In this document: in pieces, positions 29,925-40,237 of the stretch | How the letters are laid out: the number at the start of each line of letters is the position of its first letter | How positions within the stretch are numbered: the stretch's first letter is position 1 | Assembly (NCBI GenBank): GCA_020628425.1 | Contig: JAHDEZ010000003.1 | Location: 25,996 to 89,995, forward strand | Reading direction: 5' to 3' | Source: Hellea sp. | Lineage (GTDB): Bacteria > Pseudomonadota > Alphaproteobacteria > Caulobacterales > Maricaulaceae | DNA length: 64,000 bases | The notes under the pieces: generated by a model | The model's input: the letters and a program-made list of their open reading frames with translations, nothing else | What the model was told of the DNA's origin: nothing | The model's database searches: none | Program-made: the position numbers and the translations under genes

Positions 29925-30824
29925 ATGCCGTCATTGAAGGATCTCAAAAACCGGATTGGAAGCGTTAAGAATACGCAGAAAATCACGCGCGCTATGCAAA
30001 TGGTCGCGGCGGCAAAGCTCCGTAAAGCACAAGAGGCAGCTGAGAAATCACGTCCGTATTCGGACCGTATTGGCAATGTGATCACCAATCTTGCTGGATC
30101 GATGCAAGGTGCTGGCGACGCTCCGGAACTTTTGGTTGGTAATGGCAAAGAGGATACAGTCCTATTGGTTGTAGCAACAGCTGATAGGGGGTTATGTGGC
30201 GGCTTTAATACAAATATCGTGCGCAAAGCCCGCGAAGAAATCGTCGCTCTGAAGAATGCCGGAAAGACCGTCAAGCTGTTCCTTATTGGTAAAAAAGGCC
30301 ATGAACAACTCGATCGTCTGTACGGTAGTGATGTGGTTGAATACATCTCCTTGAAAGAAGAGAAAAACATCACAGCGGGTATCGCCCAGGGTATTGGTAA
30401 CAAAATTACTGAAATGTTTGAAGCGGGCGAATTTGATGTATGTAAGCTGATTTTTTCTCAGTTTAAAAACGTCATGACGCAGGAACCTGTTGCCAAAACT
30501 ATTATACCGGCTGCCGCCGGTATCGAAGTCAATGAAGACGAAGAGGTTTCAGGCCCGGATCTTAAAGGCGCGATTTATACTTATGAGCCTGATGAGGCAG
30601 GAATTTTGCGCGTACTTCTACCACGCAATATCAACACCCAAATCTTTTCTGCACTTCTAGAGAATGTTGCGGGCGAGATGGGCTCTAAAATGACGGCCAT
30701 GGACAACGCAACACGTAATGCGGGTGATATGATCGACAAGCTGACGCTGACATTTAACCGGACACGTCAGGCACAAATTACATCTGAACTCATTGAAATT
30801 ATTTCAGGCGCAGAAGCGCTTTAA
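29925..30824 (+). CDS. atpG: F1 ATP synthase subunit gamma
   Basis: 299 aa. N-terminus [36 protein letters not shown] and C-terminus [15 protein letters not shown]. Confidence 0.97.
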   Translation: MPSLKDLKNRIGSVKNTQKITRAMQMVAAAKLRKAQEAAEKSRPYSDRIGNVITNLAGSMQGAGDAPELLVGNGKEDTVLLVVATADRGLCGGFNTNIVRKAREEIVALKNAGKTVKLFLIGKKGHEQLDRLYGSDVVEYISLKEEKNITAGIAQGIGNKITEMFEAGEFDVCKLIFSQFKNVMTQEPVAKTIIPAAAGIEVNEDEEVSGPDLKGAIYTYEPDEAGILRVLLPRNINTQIFSALLENVAGEMGSKMTAMDNATRNAGDMIDKLTLTFNRTRQAQITSELIEIISGAEAL

Positions 30825-30830
30825 CGCTGA

Positions 30831-32297
<1,467 letters not shown>

Positions 32298-32303
32298 GCG
32301 ACA

Positions 32304-32693
32304 ATGGCTGATAAGCTAAATTTCTCTTTGGTCTCACCGGAAGCCGAACTTTATTCCGGAGAAGTCGATCAAGTTGACCTCCCAGGTACAGAGGGCGATT
32401 TGGGCATTCTGCCTGACCATTCGCCACTCATGGCGGCTATTCGAACAGGCGCGTTATCGGTTTATGAAGACGGAACACAAACATACTTTTTTGTTCAAGG
32501 TGGGTTTGCGGACGTAACGCCAGATGGATTGACCGTATTAGCCGAAAAAGCAATTGCTATGACGGAGCTAGACAAAGATGAACTTCGCGTTCAGCTGGAA
32601 GCTGCGACGGCAGCCATCGAAGAGCTTGAGGGCGAAGCGGCTCTGGCAGCGCAACAAAATATAGATGGTTTGTCCGCTCTAATTGCGGGTTAG
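32304..32693 (+). CDS. atpC: F1 ATP synthase subunit epsilon
   Basis: 129 aa, last gene of atpHAGDC, with a beta-sandwich followed by a helical hairpin pattern. Confidence 0.9.
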   Translation: MADKLNFSLVSPEAELYSGEVDQVDLPGTEGDLGILPDHSPLMAAIRTGALSVYEDGTQTYFFVQGGFADVTPDGLTVLAEKAIAMTELDKDELRVQLEAATAAIEELEGEAALAAQQNIDGLSALIAG

Positions 32694-32716
32694 ACTACCG
32701 TCTTAATCCACTGTAT

Positions 32717-32741
32717 AAACCGGGCCAAGCCCGGTTTTTTC
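32717..32741 (+). terminator. Rho-independent terminator of the atp operon
   Basis: Stem aaccgggc (32718-32725), loop caa, stem gcccggtt (32729-32736), then a T-run. Confidence 0.8.
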
Positions 32742-32780
32742 ATATTGGTTATTCTACAATAATGTAGTAGTGATAGGCGC

Positions 32781-33674
32781 ATGTTGAGAAAGAAATTTAT
32801 AATTCTTATGACACTTGGCGTCGCGTTCGGCTTGGCTTCTACTGCTCATACGCAATCATTGCCGGGTGGGTATGACGAATTTCCAAATCCAGACGATCCA
32901 AAAAAGGGCAAAGAGTTTGAGACGGAATTTCAAAAAACTATCGATGATTTTGTTTCCATTTGCAGTGAGGTCTATATGGATGAGATGACCCAGAGCGATT
33001 GGCACATGGATGAACATGAGACGCTGGGAGAATTGGGTTATCGAAAGTCTGGTCAAGTTTATGAGAAGCGTGAGGATTTGTTTGACTCTCACGAATATAA
33101 AAGCGTGATTTATGTCAACCGGAATTTCGCCGGACTTCCAATATCTTTCAAATTAAAAGAAGACAAGTCGACCGATGACGTCAATCTTCCTCATACTGGC
33201 TGGGCTTGTGCTTTCAAATTTTCCTGGGAAGAAAACGTTGAAAATCTCTGGTTATCCCAATCCTATTTGGGGTCAGGGATTTTTGCTAGTCTCGGGAATA
33301 CAGTTCGGTCAGCGCTTCAAGAACGAAATGCTCCTTACATTGGACGCATCAATAGTATTTTAGATGTACAAACTTCCCATTGTTGGGAGAATTGTCCGTC
33401 CGATAGAAGTGTGGTCGTCAGCTTCTCTGCGACCCAGGAAGAAATAAGTGAGTGGCGCAGCTATAATGACATCCCGAACGGTCTAATTTTCACGCTACGT
33501 GCAGACGGAACGTTGGTTCTCCCTGATGGTAAGGTTCTGGGACGTATAACTCAAAGCGCCGAAATTGTTAACCTTGCCGGGGCGAAGATCGGTCACATCG
33601 ATTTAGGCGATGGGTATGTTTACGATCAAAACGGAAATAACATAGGCTGGACGAACCTTATTTTAAACCGCTGA
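32781..33674 (+). CDS. Secreted protein of unknown function with a C-terminal Gly-rich 'LRADG...GxVxGR...NxAGxxIG' module
   Basis: Signal peptide MLRKKFIILMTLGVAFGLASTAHTQS. I recognise no family for the body. The last ~70 aa share an ungapped 17/36 identity block with the C-terminus of the giant repeat protein at 56236. Confidence 0.6.
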   Translation: MLRKKFIILMTLGVAFGLASTAHTQSLPGGYDEFPNPDDPKKGKEFETEFQKTIDDFVSICSEVYMDEMTQSDWHMDEHETLGELGYRKSGQVYEKREDLFDSHEYKSVIYVNRNFAGLPISFKLKEDKSTDDVNLPHTGWACAFKFSWEENVENLWLSQSYLGSGIFASLGNTVRSALQERNAPYIGRINSILDVQTSHCWENCPSDRSVVVSFSATQEEISEWRSYNDIPNGLIFTLRADGTLVLPDGKVLGRITQSAEIVNLAGAKIGHIDLGDGYVYDQNGNNIGWTNLILNR

Positions 33675-34835
33675 TCCTGCAGCGTAGCCACTGGCCCACG
33701 CCCATTGGAAGTTATGTCCACCTAAATGACCCGTTACATCCACCACTTCGCCGATGAAATAAAGCCCCGGGACTTTCTTGGTTTCCATAGTTTTCGATGA
33801 CAATTCATCCGTATCCACACCGCCTTTGGTAACTTCTGCGGTTCGAAACCCTTCGGTGCCTGCGGGTTTCACCTGCCAGCCATTTATTTGCAGTGCGATA
33901 TTAATGAGCTCTGGGTCACTCATATCAGCAATCCGTAACTTCTTGACATCTTTACAGATTTGTTCCGCGAGCCTGTCTGGCAACAGTTTTGATATGATTG
34001 TTTTGATGTTCTGTCGCGGTGTTTCGGTCCGGGCAGTCTTCAGTATATCAAGTATGTCCAGACCTGCTTGCATATCGACTGTGATTTGCGTTCCGAGTTC
34101 CCAATAAGAAGATATTTGTAATATGGATGGGCCGGATAATCCACGATGTGTGAATAATAAGTCCTCTTCGAAACTTGCATTGAGATTGCTGACTCGGGCT
34201 GGTACACTCAGACCGGACAAAGTCTTTAAGGGCGCTTTGAGCTCATCTGTGAATGTGAAGGGGACAAGAGCAGGTTTCGGTTCAATCAATTTTAAATCAA
34301 ATTGCTCGGCCAATTTATAGCCAAGCCGGGTCGCGCCCATTTTCGGGATAGAAGCACCACCCGTCGCAATAATCAATTTTTCGCAAGTCACGGATTGCCG
34401 ATTGGTCGTAGCGATAAACCCGGTCTCGCCTTTTCTTACATCAAGTATTTCCGTTCCCAGCCATATCTGATTGCCAACTTTTTCGCATTCCGACAGCAGC
34501 ATATCAATAACCTGCTGGGAACGACCATCACAGAAAAGTTGTCCTAAAGTCTTCTCATGCCAGGCAATACCATAGCTTTCGACCAGATCTATGAAGTCAT
34601 AAGGGGTGTAGCGAGAGAGGGCCGACTTACAAAAATGTGGATTTTGTGAAATGAAATTTTCATATGTGCAATGCATATTTGTAAAATTGCAACGCCCGCC
34701 ACCTGAGATACGGATTTTTTCTCCGGCCTTATCGGCATGATCGATTATCAATACTGTTTTATCGCGTTGACCAGCCGTCGCGCCGCACATCATTCCAGCC
34801 GCGCCGGCACCTATGATAATTGTCTCAAAATCCAT
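33663..34835 (-). CDS. HI0933/YhiN-family FAD-dependent oxidoreductase
   Basis: 390 aa. Dinucleotide fold IIIGAGAAGMMCG, ISGGGRCNFTN, and the C-terminal FIGEVVDVTGHLGGHNFQWAWASG typical of this family. The 3' end overlaps the convergent upstream gene by 12 nt. Confidence 0.85.
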   Translation of the reverse strand: MDFETIIIGAGAAGMMCGATAGQRDKTVLIIDHADKAGEKIRISGGGRCNFTNMHCTYENFISQNPHFCKSALSRYTPYDFIDLVESYGIAWHEKTLGQLFCDGRSQQVIDMLLSECEKVGNQIWLGTEILDVRKGETGFIATTNRQSVTCEKLIIATGGASIPKMGATRLGYKLAEQFDLKLIEPKPALVPFTFTDELKAPLKTLSGLSVPARVSNLNASFEEDLLFTHRGLSGPSILQISSYWELGTQITVDMQAGLDILDILKTARTETPRQNIKTIISKLLPDRLAEQICKDVKKLRIADMSDPELINIALQINGWQVKPAGTEGFRTAEVTKGGVDTDELSSKTMETKKVPGLYFIGEVVDVTGHLGGHNFQWAWASGYAAGSAV

Positions 34836-34894
34836 AACCCGGCATATATCTTGAATGGAAGAAAATGAAAGAACTCTTATTAATGTGTAATTAA

Positions 34895-34914
34895 TTTGAC
34901 AGTTTTATGACATT
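34895..34914 (-). promoter_or_regulatory. Pho box (minus-strand reading AATGTCATAAAACTGTCAAA)
   Basis: Two TGTCA cores sit 11 bp apart with an A-rich spacer. This closely matches the E. coli-type consensus CTGTCATA(A/T)A(T/A)CTGTCA(C/T). It lies 60 nt upstream of the YhiN-like start and overlaps the -35 of the divergent micro-ORF promoter. Confidence 0.55.
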
Positions 34915-34925
34915 TGATGTAATAT
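34896..34925 (+). promoter_or_regulatory. Sigma70-like promoter candidate for the small tail-anchored ORF
   Basis: TTGACA (34896-34901), an 18-nt spacer, then TAATAT (34920-34925). The inverted repeat ttatgaca (34905-34912) / tgtcataa (34929-34936) brackets the -10. Confidence 0.35.
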
Positions 34926-34952
34926 ATTTGTCATAAAAGGAAGGAGGTCGTT

Positions 34953-35099
34953 ATGATCGTCTACAAATCAATGATATCCACCTCTCTGAATGAGCGGAGA
35001 AAACCCTTTCCATATCGTACGGATTTTAACAGTAAGTCTCTGATTATAGCGGGTTTATCCTTTTTTTGTCTCATATTGGCTATGATAATCTCGCTCTGA
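34953..35099 (+). CDS. 48-aa tail-anchored small membrane protein (MIVYKSMISTSLNERRKPFPYRTDFNSKSLIIAGLSFFCLILAMIISL)
   Basis: A strong RBS aaggaaggagg ends 5 nt before the ATG. The C-terminal 19 residues form a hydrophobic helix. A terminator follows. The ORF is too short for the ORF track. Confidence 0.5.
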   Translation: MIVYKSMISTSLNERRKPFPYRTDFNSKSLIIAGLSFFCLILAMIISL

Positions 35100-35149
35100 A
35101 TAAATGATGAAGTAATTTGATTGGCCCTTAACTCAGGCCTTCAGATAAT

Positions 35150-35181
35150 AAAAACCACGGTTTATTAAGCCGTGTTTTTTT
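35150..35181 (+). terminator. Rho-independent terminator after the small ORF
   Basis: Stem cacggttt (35156-35163), loop att, stem aagccgtg (35167-35174), then T7. Confidence 0.65.
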
Positions 35182-35196
35182 ATGCCTTGTTGAATT

Positions 35197-35262
35197 TTGT
35201 CATCAAACCGTCACGAAAAGTAAGCAAAAATATCATCAAAGGTCAAAATAGCTGTCACATTT
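35197..35262 (+). promoter_or_regulatory. Array of six 11-bp-phased Pho-box half-sites (three tandem Pho boxes) upstream of the porin-pst operon
   Basis: The six half-sites are TTGTCATCAAA, CCGTCACGAAA, AGTAAGCAAAA, ATATCATCAAA, GGTCAAAATAG and CTGTCACATTT. Each 11-mer has a (C)TGTCA(T/C)-like core plus an A-rich spacer. The first and last pairs are the best matches. The array ends 66 nt before the porin ATG. Confidence 0.65.
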
Positions 35263-35327
35263 CAGGCCCATATGCCGCTTCATAGATGAATTGGAATCGC
35301 GGTGATTCCAAACATTTTGAGGGTAGA

Positions 35328-36509
35328 ATGTTTAAAAAATTAGAGAGAACAGCGGTTCCTGCCGTTGTAATAATGGCTTTGATGGCGGCAGAAACTGCAC
35401 AAGCACAAGAAGTGACAACTAAAGTCAGCGGTCGAGTAATGCTCGATTGGTCGATTGTAGATGCTGAAAATGCGAATATGGAGTGGAATGCGACGGAGCT
35501 CCGTCGACTACGCTTGGGCGTTTCCGGTAAAATAGGCGATACAGTCAAATACAAAGTAGAACTTAACACAAACAGTAGCGAAGATGTAAATGTCGAGGAT
35601 GCCTACCTACAATGGGCCCCTAATGGCGGCAGCTTCAACGTAAAGGTCGGCCAGTTTAAAACCCATAACTCTTTAGACGAACTAACGTCATCGCGTTTTA
35701 TCACGGCATTAGAGCGCTCTGCTTTTACAGACGCATTTGAATTTAATCGCCGTATAGGTATTGCAGTGAATACCAGTGGTGATAATTACACTTTGTCCGC
35801 GGGTGTTTTCGGGGATAATCTGTCTACGACATCTCCGGAAGAGGGACGTGCTGCTTCGGTTCGAGGCACTTTTACGCCCATCAATGATGACGACATCCTG
35901 GTTCATTTGGGGGCGTCTTTACGTTTGCGAAATATCGGCGATACACAGAGCGATATTCGCTATCGTCAGCGTCCAGTTTCTCATATCCCGAGCCGTATAA
36001 TCAGCACGGGACGGATCGCGGAAAAAGATACATTTTACGGTGTTGAAGCTGCTGCTATCGCGGGAAATTTCTGGGCTGCAGGCGAGTACGGTGTAACGGA
36101 TGCTGACTGCACAACTTGTGCATCCGATCCTAGCTTTAACGGCATGTATGTCGAAGCTGGTGCTTTCCTGGGCGGAAGTCGTACCTATAAAGGTGGCAAG
36201 TTTAATCGTCCGAAGGTCGATAATCCTATCACGGATGGCGGTATGGGCGCTTTCTCTATTTTTGCCCGTTATGATACTTTGGATTTGACGGACACGTCCG
36301 TAAATGGTGGGGCAATCGATAGCGTCGTGTTAGGGGTTGATTGGTGGCCAACCAAAAACACCCGCGTTGGGATCAATTATTTCGATACGGACGCAGATTT
36401 GGGGACAAGCACTTCAGGTTTAGACTCAGCGTTTTCTGCTTTGGTGTCAGGCAGTGTTACTGATGAAAATGTTAGCGGCTTTAATATGCGGGTTGGTTTT
36501 GATTTTTAA
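35328..36509 (+). CDS. Phosphate-selective porin (OprO/OprP family)
   Basis: Signal peptide MFKKLERTAVPAVVIMALMAAETAQA, starting at ATG 35328 (the track's ORF starts at 35286). Family-typical segments are RRLRLGVSGKIGD, VEDAYLQW, VKVGQFKTHNSLDELTSSRFITALERS, and a C-terminal F. It sits directly upstream of pstS. Confidence 0.8.
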   Translation: MFKKLERTAVPAVVIMALMAAETAQAQEVTTKVSGRVMLDWSIVDAENANMEWNATELRRLRLGVSGKIGDTVKYKVELNTNSSEDVNVEDAYLQWAPNGGSFNVKVGQFKTHNSLDELTSSRFITALERSAFTDAFEFNRRIGIAVNTSGDNYTLSAGVFGDNLSTTSPEEGRAASVRGTFTPINDDDILVHLGASLRLRNIGDTQSDIRYRQRPVSHIPSRIISTGRIAEKDTFYGVEAAAIAGNFWAAGEYGVTDADCTTCASDPSFNGMYVEAGAFLGGSRTYKGGKFNRPKVDNPITDGGMGAFSIFARYDTLDLTDTSVNGGAIDSVVLGVDWWPTKNTRVGINYFDTDADLGTSTSGLDSAFSALVSGSVTDENVSGFNMRVGFDF

Positions 36510-36555
36510 TTCAATCAATGGGGCCAATGCCCCAGTTACAAGAGAAGGAAATGTC

Positions 36556-37653
36556 ATGAAAAAGATTTTAATGACAGGAATGGCGGCACTCGCTTTGGCG
36601 GCAGGCGGTTGTGGCGGCGGCGATAAGCCGGCCGAAAACACAACGTCGTCTACGGAGAAAACTAAAACAACGACACCTGCTAAACTATCGGAAATCCGCA
36701 TTGTCGGCTCTTCGACCGTTTACCCGTTTTCTACCAAAGTGGCTCAAGAATATAAAAACAAGACCGGGCAAAATGTTGTCGTGGAATCTACGGGTTCTGG
36801 AGGCGGCCACAAGTTGTTCTGTGAAGGCGCCGGTGCATCAACCCCTAATATGACGAACTCATCTCGTCGCCAAAAAAAGAGCGAGTTTGATAAATGCGGT
36901 TCCAATGGTGTCAACGATATCGTCGAGGTCAAGATTGGTTTTGACGGTATTGTTCTGGGTAACGCCCTGGATGCCACTCAGTTAGATTTGACCAGCAAGC
37001 AGATTTTTATGGCTTTTGCGAAAGAGGTCCCAACAAGTGACACTGACTGTACGATGATAGCTAATCCTTATACAAAATGGTCTGAGATTGATGCCTCTTT
37101 GCCAGCAGCAAAGATCGAGGCCTATGGTCCGCCGCCTACTTCTGGTACTCGGGATGCATTCGTGGAAATCGCTATGGAAGGCGGCGCGAAAAAGTTCGCA
37201 TGCCTGGCAGATTTGCGAGGTTCGGATAAATCCGCGTTTAAAGGCATAGCGCATTCGGTCCGCGAAGACGGAAAATGGATTGACTCGGGTGAAAACGACA
37301 ATGCGATTGTCAATACTCTGGTGAATACACCGACGGCGGTCGGCATTTTCGGATATTCGTTCCTAGACCAGAATGGTGACAAAATCAAAGGCGCCAATGT
37401 TGATGGCATCGAGCCAACTTTTGAAAACATTGCTGCAGGTGACTATGCAATTTCCCGGTCTTTGTTTTTCTATATAAAGTCAGCCCATGTAGCAGATAAT
37501 CCAGGTATTCAGGAATTCGCTCTTGAATTTACGTCAGAGGAAGCTTGGGGGCCAGGCGGATATCTAGAAGAGATCGGGTTGGTTCCGCTTCCGGATGCTG
37601 ACCGTGCTAGCTATCGCGCGGCTGTGGAAAAGCTAACCTCATATTCGCAATAA
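36556..37653 (+). CDS. pstS: Phosphate ABC transporter substrate-binding lipoprotein PstS
   Basis: Lipoprotein signal MKKILMTGMAALALAAGGC from ATG 36556 (the track's ORF starts at 36454, inside the porin gene). Motifs GSSTVYPF and STGSGGG are PstS/PBP-like. It is followed by pstCAB. Confidence 0.85.
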   Translation: MKKILMTGMAALALAAGGCGGGDKPAENTTSSTEKTKTTTPAKLSEIRIVGSSTVYPFSTKVAQEYKNKTGQNVVVESTGSGGGHKLFCEGAGASTPNMTNSSRRQKKSEFDKCGSNGVNDIVEVKIGFDGIVLGNALDATQLDLTSKQIFMAFAKEVPTSDTDCTMIANPYTKWSEIDASLPAAKIEAYGPPPTSGTRDAFVEIAMEGGAKKFACLADLRGSDKSAFKGIAHSVREDGKWIDSGENDNAIVNTLVNTPTAVGIFGYSFLDQNGDKIKGANVDGIEPTFENIAAGDYAISRSLFFYIKSAHVADNPGIQEFALEFTSEEAWGPGGYLEEIGLVPLPDADRASYRAAVEKLTSYSQ

Positions 37654-37714
37654 GCGACTTGCATAATGGAGCATTAGGCGGATAAATGACGCCTAAGTCT
37701 CACTGGGGTATTAG

Positions 37715-38932
37715 GTGAATACGATACCGATTTTAGTATTAGTTGTCGCTGCCTTAACGGCAGCGTCATTCTATTTTGGGCGCCGCAAAGCTGCGGCCCA
37801 GATAGAAGGAATCGGGAAGGGTGCTGGTCTTGGTTTTCATTCCCAGCCCGGTTATCACGGCTGGTTTTCAGCCATTATAACGGGACTCAGCGCTTTTCTC
37901 GTTCTTATAGTCGGTGTGAGCGCCGGTCTTAGATTACCAATCATCTTAATCGGCATGGTAGTGCTTGCCCTTATCGGTAGCTATCTGGCAACCACGCGCA
38001 TATCCAAAGATTTTAAAGCCCGCACCTATGTGGAATATTTTATCAAGTCCATTCTGGTGTTGTGCTCGATTATTGCAGTTTTCACGACATTAGGGATTAT
38101 TCTGTCGCTCTTGTTTGAGAGCATGCGCTTTTTTAACAAGGTCTCTTTTGTCGACTTTTTGACAGGGCTGCAATGGTCCCCTCAAATGGCTATGAGAGAT
38201 GACCAAGTGGCCTCGGAAGGGGCATTTGGCGCCATACCAGTTTTTACCGGTACCTTCCTGATTATGGCTATCGCTATCTTTGTGGCCGCCCCCATAGGTC
38301 TTTTAATTGCTGTCTATCTCTCGGAATATGCCAGCAAACGTACCCGAAAGGTCATTAAGCCAATAATCGAAATTCTGGCGGGTGTCCCTACGGTTGTATA
38401 TGGGTTTTTCGCTTTATTGACGGTCGGCCCGGTGATTAGGGCTTTCGCAGAAAGTTTGGGCTATTCCGTACCAACACAAAGCGCCATCACAGCAGGTCTA
38501 GTGATGGGGATTATGATTATACCGTTTGTTTCGTCCTTATCAGATGACGTTATCAATGCCGTGCCGCAAAGCATGCGCGACGGGTCTTATGCTTTGGGGG
38601 CAACCAAATCGGAAACTATGACAAAGGTGGTCTTTGCCGGTGCGCTGCCCGGTATTATAGGCGCCTTATTGCTGGCCATTAGCCGAGCTATCGGTGAGAC
38701 TATGATTGTGGTTATGGCTGCTGGTAAAGCTGCCAATCTGACGGGTAATCCCTTTGAGGCCGTTACAACGGTTACGGTTCAAATTGTTGCTTTACTGACT
38801 GGTGATCAAGAATTTGATAGTCCAAAAACACTGGCGGCCTTTGCACTGGGACTGATGCTTTTCCTTATAACGCTCATGTTAAATTTTATCGCATTAATGA
38901 TCGTTCGGCGTTACCGTGCGAGGTATGAATGA
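37715..38932 (+). CDS. pstC: Phosphate ABC transporter permease PstC
   Basis: 405 aa, multi-TM, with the EAA-type loop (ALGATKSETMTKVVF). It occupies the pstC position in the operon. Confidence 0.9.
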   Translation: MNTIPILVLVVAALTAASFYFGRRKAAAQIEGIGKGAGLGFHSQPGYHGWFSAIITGLSAFLVLIVGVSAGLRLPIILIGMVVLALIGSYLATTRISKDFKARTYVEYFIKSILVLCSIIAVFTTLGIILSLLFESMRFFNKVSFVDFLTGLQWSPQMAMRDDQVASEGAFGAIPVFTGTFLIMAIAIFVAAPIGLLIAVYLSEYASKRTRKVIKPIIEILAGVPTVVYGFFALLTVGPVIRAFAESLGYSVPTQSAITAGLVMGIMIIPFVSSLSDDVINAVPQSMRDGSYALGATKSETMTKVVFAGALPGIIGALLLAISRAIGETMIVVMAAGKAANLTGNPFEAVTTVTVQIVALLTGDQEFDSPKTLAAFALGLMLFLITLMLNFIALMIVRRYRARYE

Positions 38933-40227
38933 TGTCTTCTGAAACTTCAATACACGCCAGCGAATTCGCGCTTAAGCGCCTGAAGAAACGTCATGCGCGA
39001 GAACGCCGCTTCAAGCTAATGGGGCTATCAGCTATCGCCGTAGCCGTATTAGCGCTCATCTGGTTACTCTACAGCGTTGTCGGTACAGGTTATAAGGCGT
39101 TTTATCAGTATGATATGACCATTGATGTCGAATTGACCGAATCCGTTCTTGATCCAACAGGCGCGCGAGATCCCGAAGCACTGCGGCGGGCAAACTATCG
39201 TAAAATTGTTCAAGACTCACTCTATAAACGCTTTCCAAGTGTGACAGACCGTAAGGCTAAGCGAGAGCTTTTTGATGTGGTTTCAACGTCCGGCGCGCCC
39301 AATCAAATCAGACAAATGGTGTTTCAAAATCCGGATCTTGTTGGAAGTTCCCTGATATTGCGGGTTCCCACTTCTGATGATGTGGATCAGTTGTTGAAAG
39401 GTAACATTGACAGAAATGTTGATGAGAGCCGTCGTAAGATTTCCAATCAACAAATCATGTGGATTGATGAACTGGTCGAGAGCGGAGAAATCCGCTCGGC
39501 TTTTAATACGGGCTTTTTTACGAATACAGATAGTCGTGACGCAGAATTAGCCGGGATAGGTGGGGCTTTTATTGGATCTCTTATGACCTTGTTTGTAACC
39601 GCGCTTTTGGCGATTCCTGTCGGTATTGGAGCAGCTATTTGGCTAGATGAGTTTGCGCCCAAAAATAGGTTTGTTGATTTCATTGAGATCAATATCAATA
39701 ACCTCGCAGCAGTTCCGTCGATTATTTTCGGCGTATTAGGGTTGGCGATTTTTATAAATTTCGTGGGTATGCCACGGTCAGCACCAATTGTTGGCGGACT
39801 GGTTTTGGGACTGCGCGCACTGCCGACCATAATTATCGCAACCCGAGCGACATTAATGGCTGTGCCGCAATCAATTCGTGATGGAGCATTAAGTGTCGGT
39901 GCGTCTCACGTCCAAGCCGTTTTTCATCACAAACTGCCGCAGGCAGGGCCGGGGATTTTGACTGGGTCGATTATTGCGATGGCACAGGCATTGGGCGAAA
40001 CAGCGCCGCTCTTGATGATTGGTATGGTCGCTTTCTTGACGGAAACTCCCAAAGGCATAACCGAGCCGGCCACTGTCCTGCCGGTCCAAATATATTTGTG
40101 GTCCGGAAATGCTGAACGGGCTTGGGTCGAAAAAACTTCGGCGGCCATTATGGTGTTATTGTTAGTGCTAATATTAATGAACGGGTTTGCCATTTGGCTC
40201 AGAAACCGTCTGGAAAAACGCTGGTAG
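38929..40227 (+). CDS. pstA: Phosphate ABC transporter permease PstA
   Basis: 432 aa with a long periplasmic loop after TM1 and the motif SVGASHVQAVFHHKLP. Its start overlaps the pstC stop (ATGA). Confidence 0.9.
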   Translation: MMSSETSIHASEFALKRLKKRHARERRFKLMGLSAIAVAVLALIWLLYSVVGTGYKAFYQYDMTIDVELTESVLDPTGARDPEALRRANYRKIVQDSLYKRFPSVTDRKAKRELFDVVSTSGAPNQIRQMVFQNPDLVGSSLILRVPTSDDVDQLLKGNIDRNVDESRRKISNQQIMWIDELVESGEIRSAFNTGFFTNTDSRDAELAGIGGAFIGSLMTLFVTALLAIPVGIGAAIWLDEFAPKNRFVDFIEININNLAAVPSIIFGVLGLAIFINFVGMPRSAPIVGGLVLGLRALPTIIIATRATLMAVPQSIRDGALSVGASHVQAVFHHKLPQAGPGILTGSIIAMAQALGETAPLLMIGMVAFLTETPKGITEPATVLPVQIYLWSGNAERAWVEKTSAAIMVLLLVLILMNGFAIWLRNRLEKRW

Positions 40228-40237
40228 GTAGAGAACT

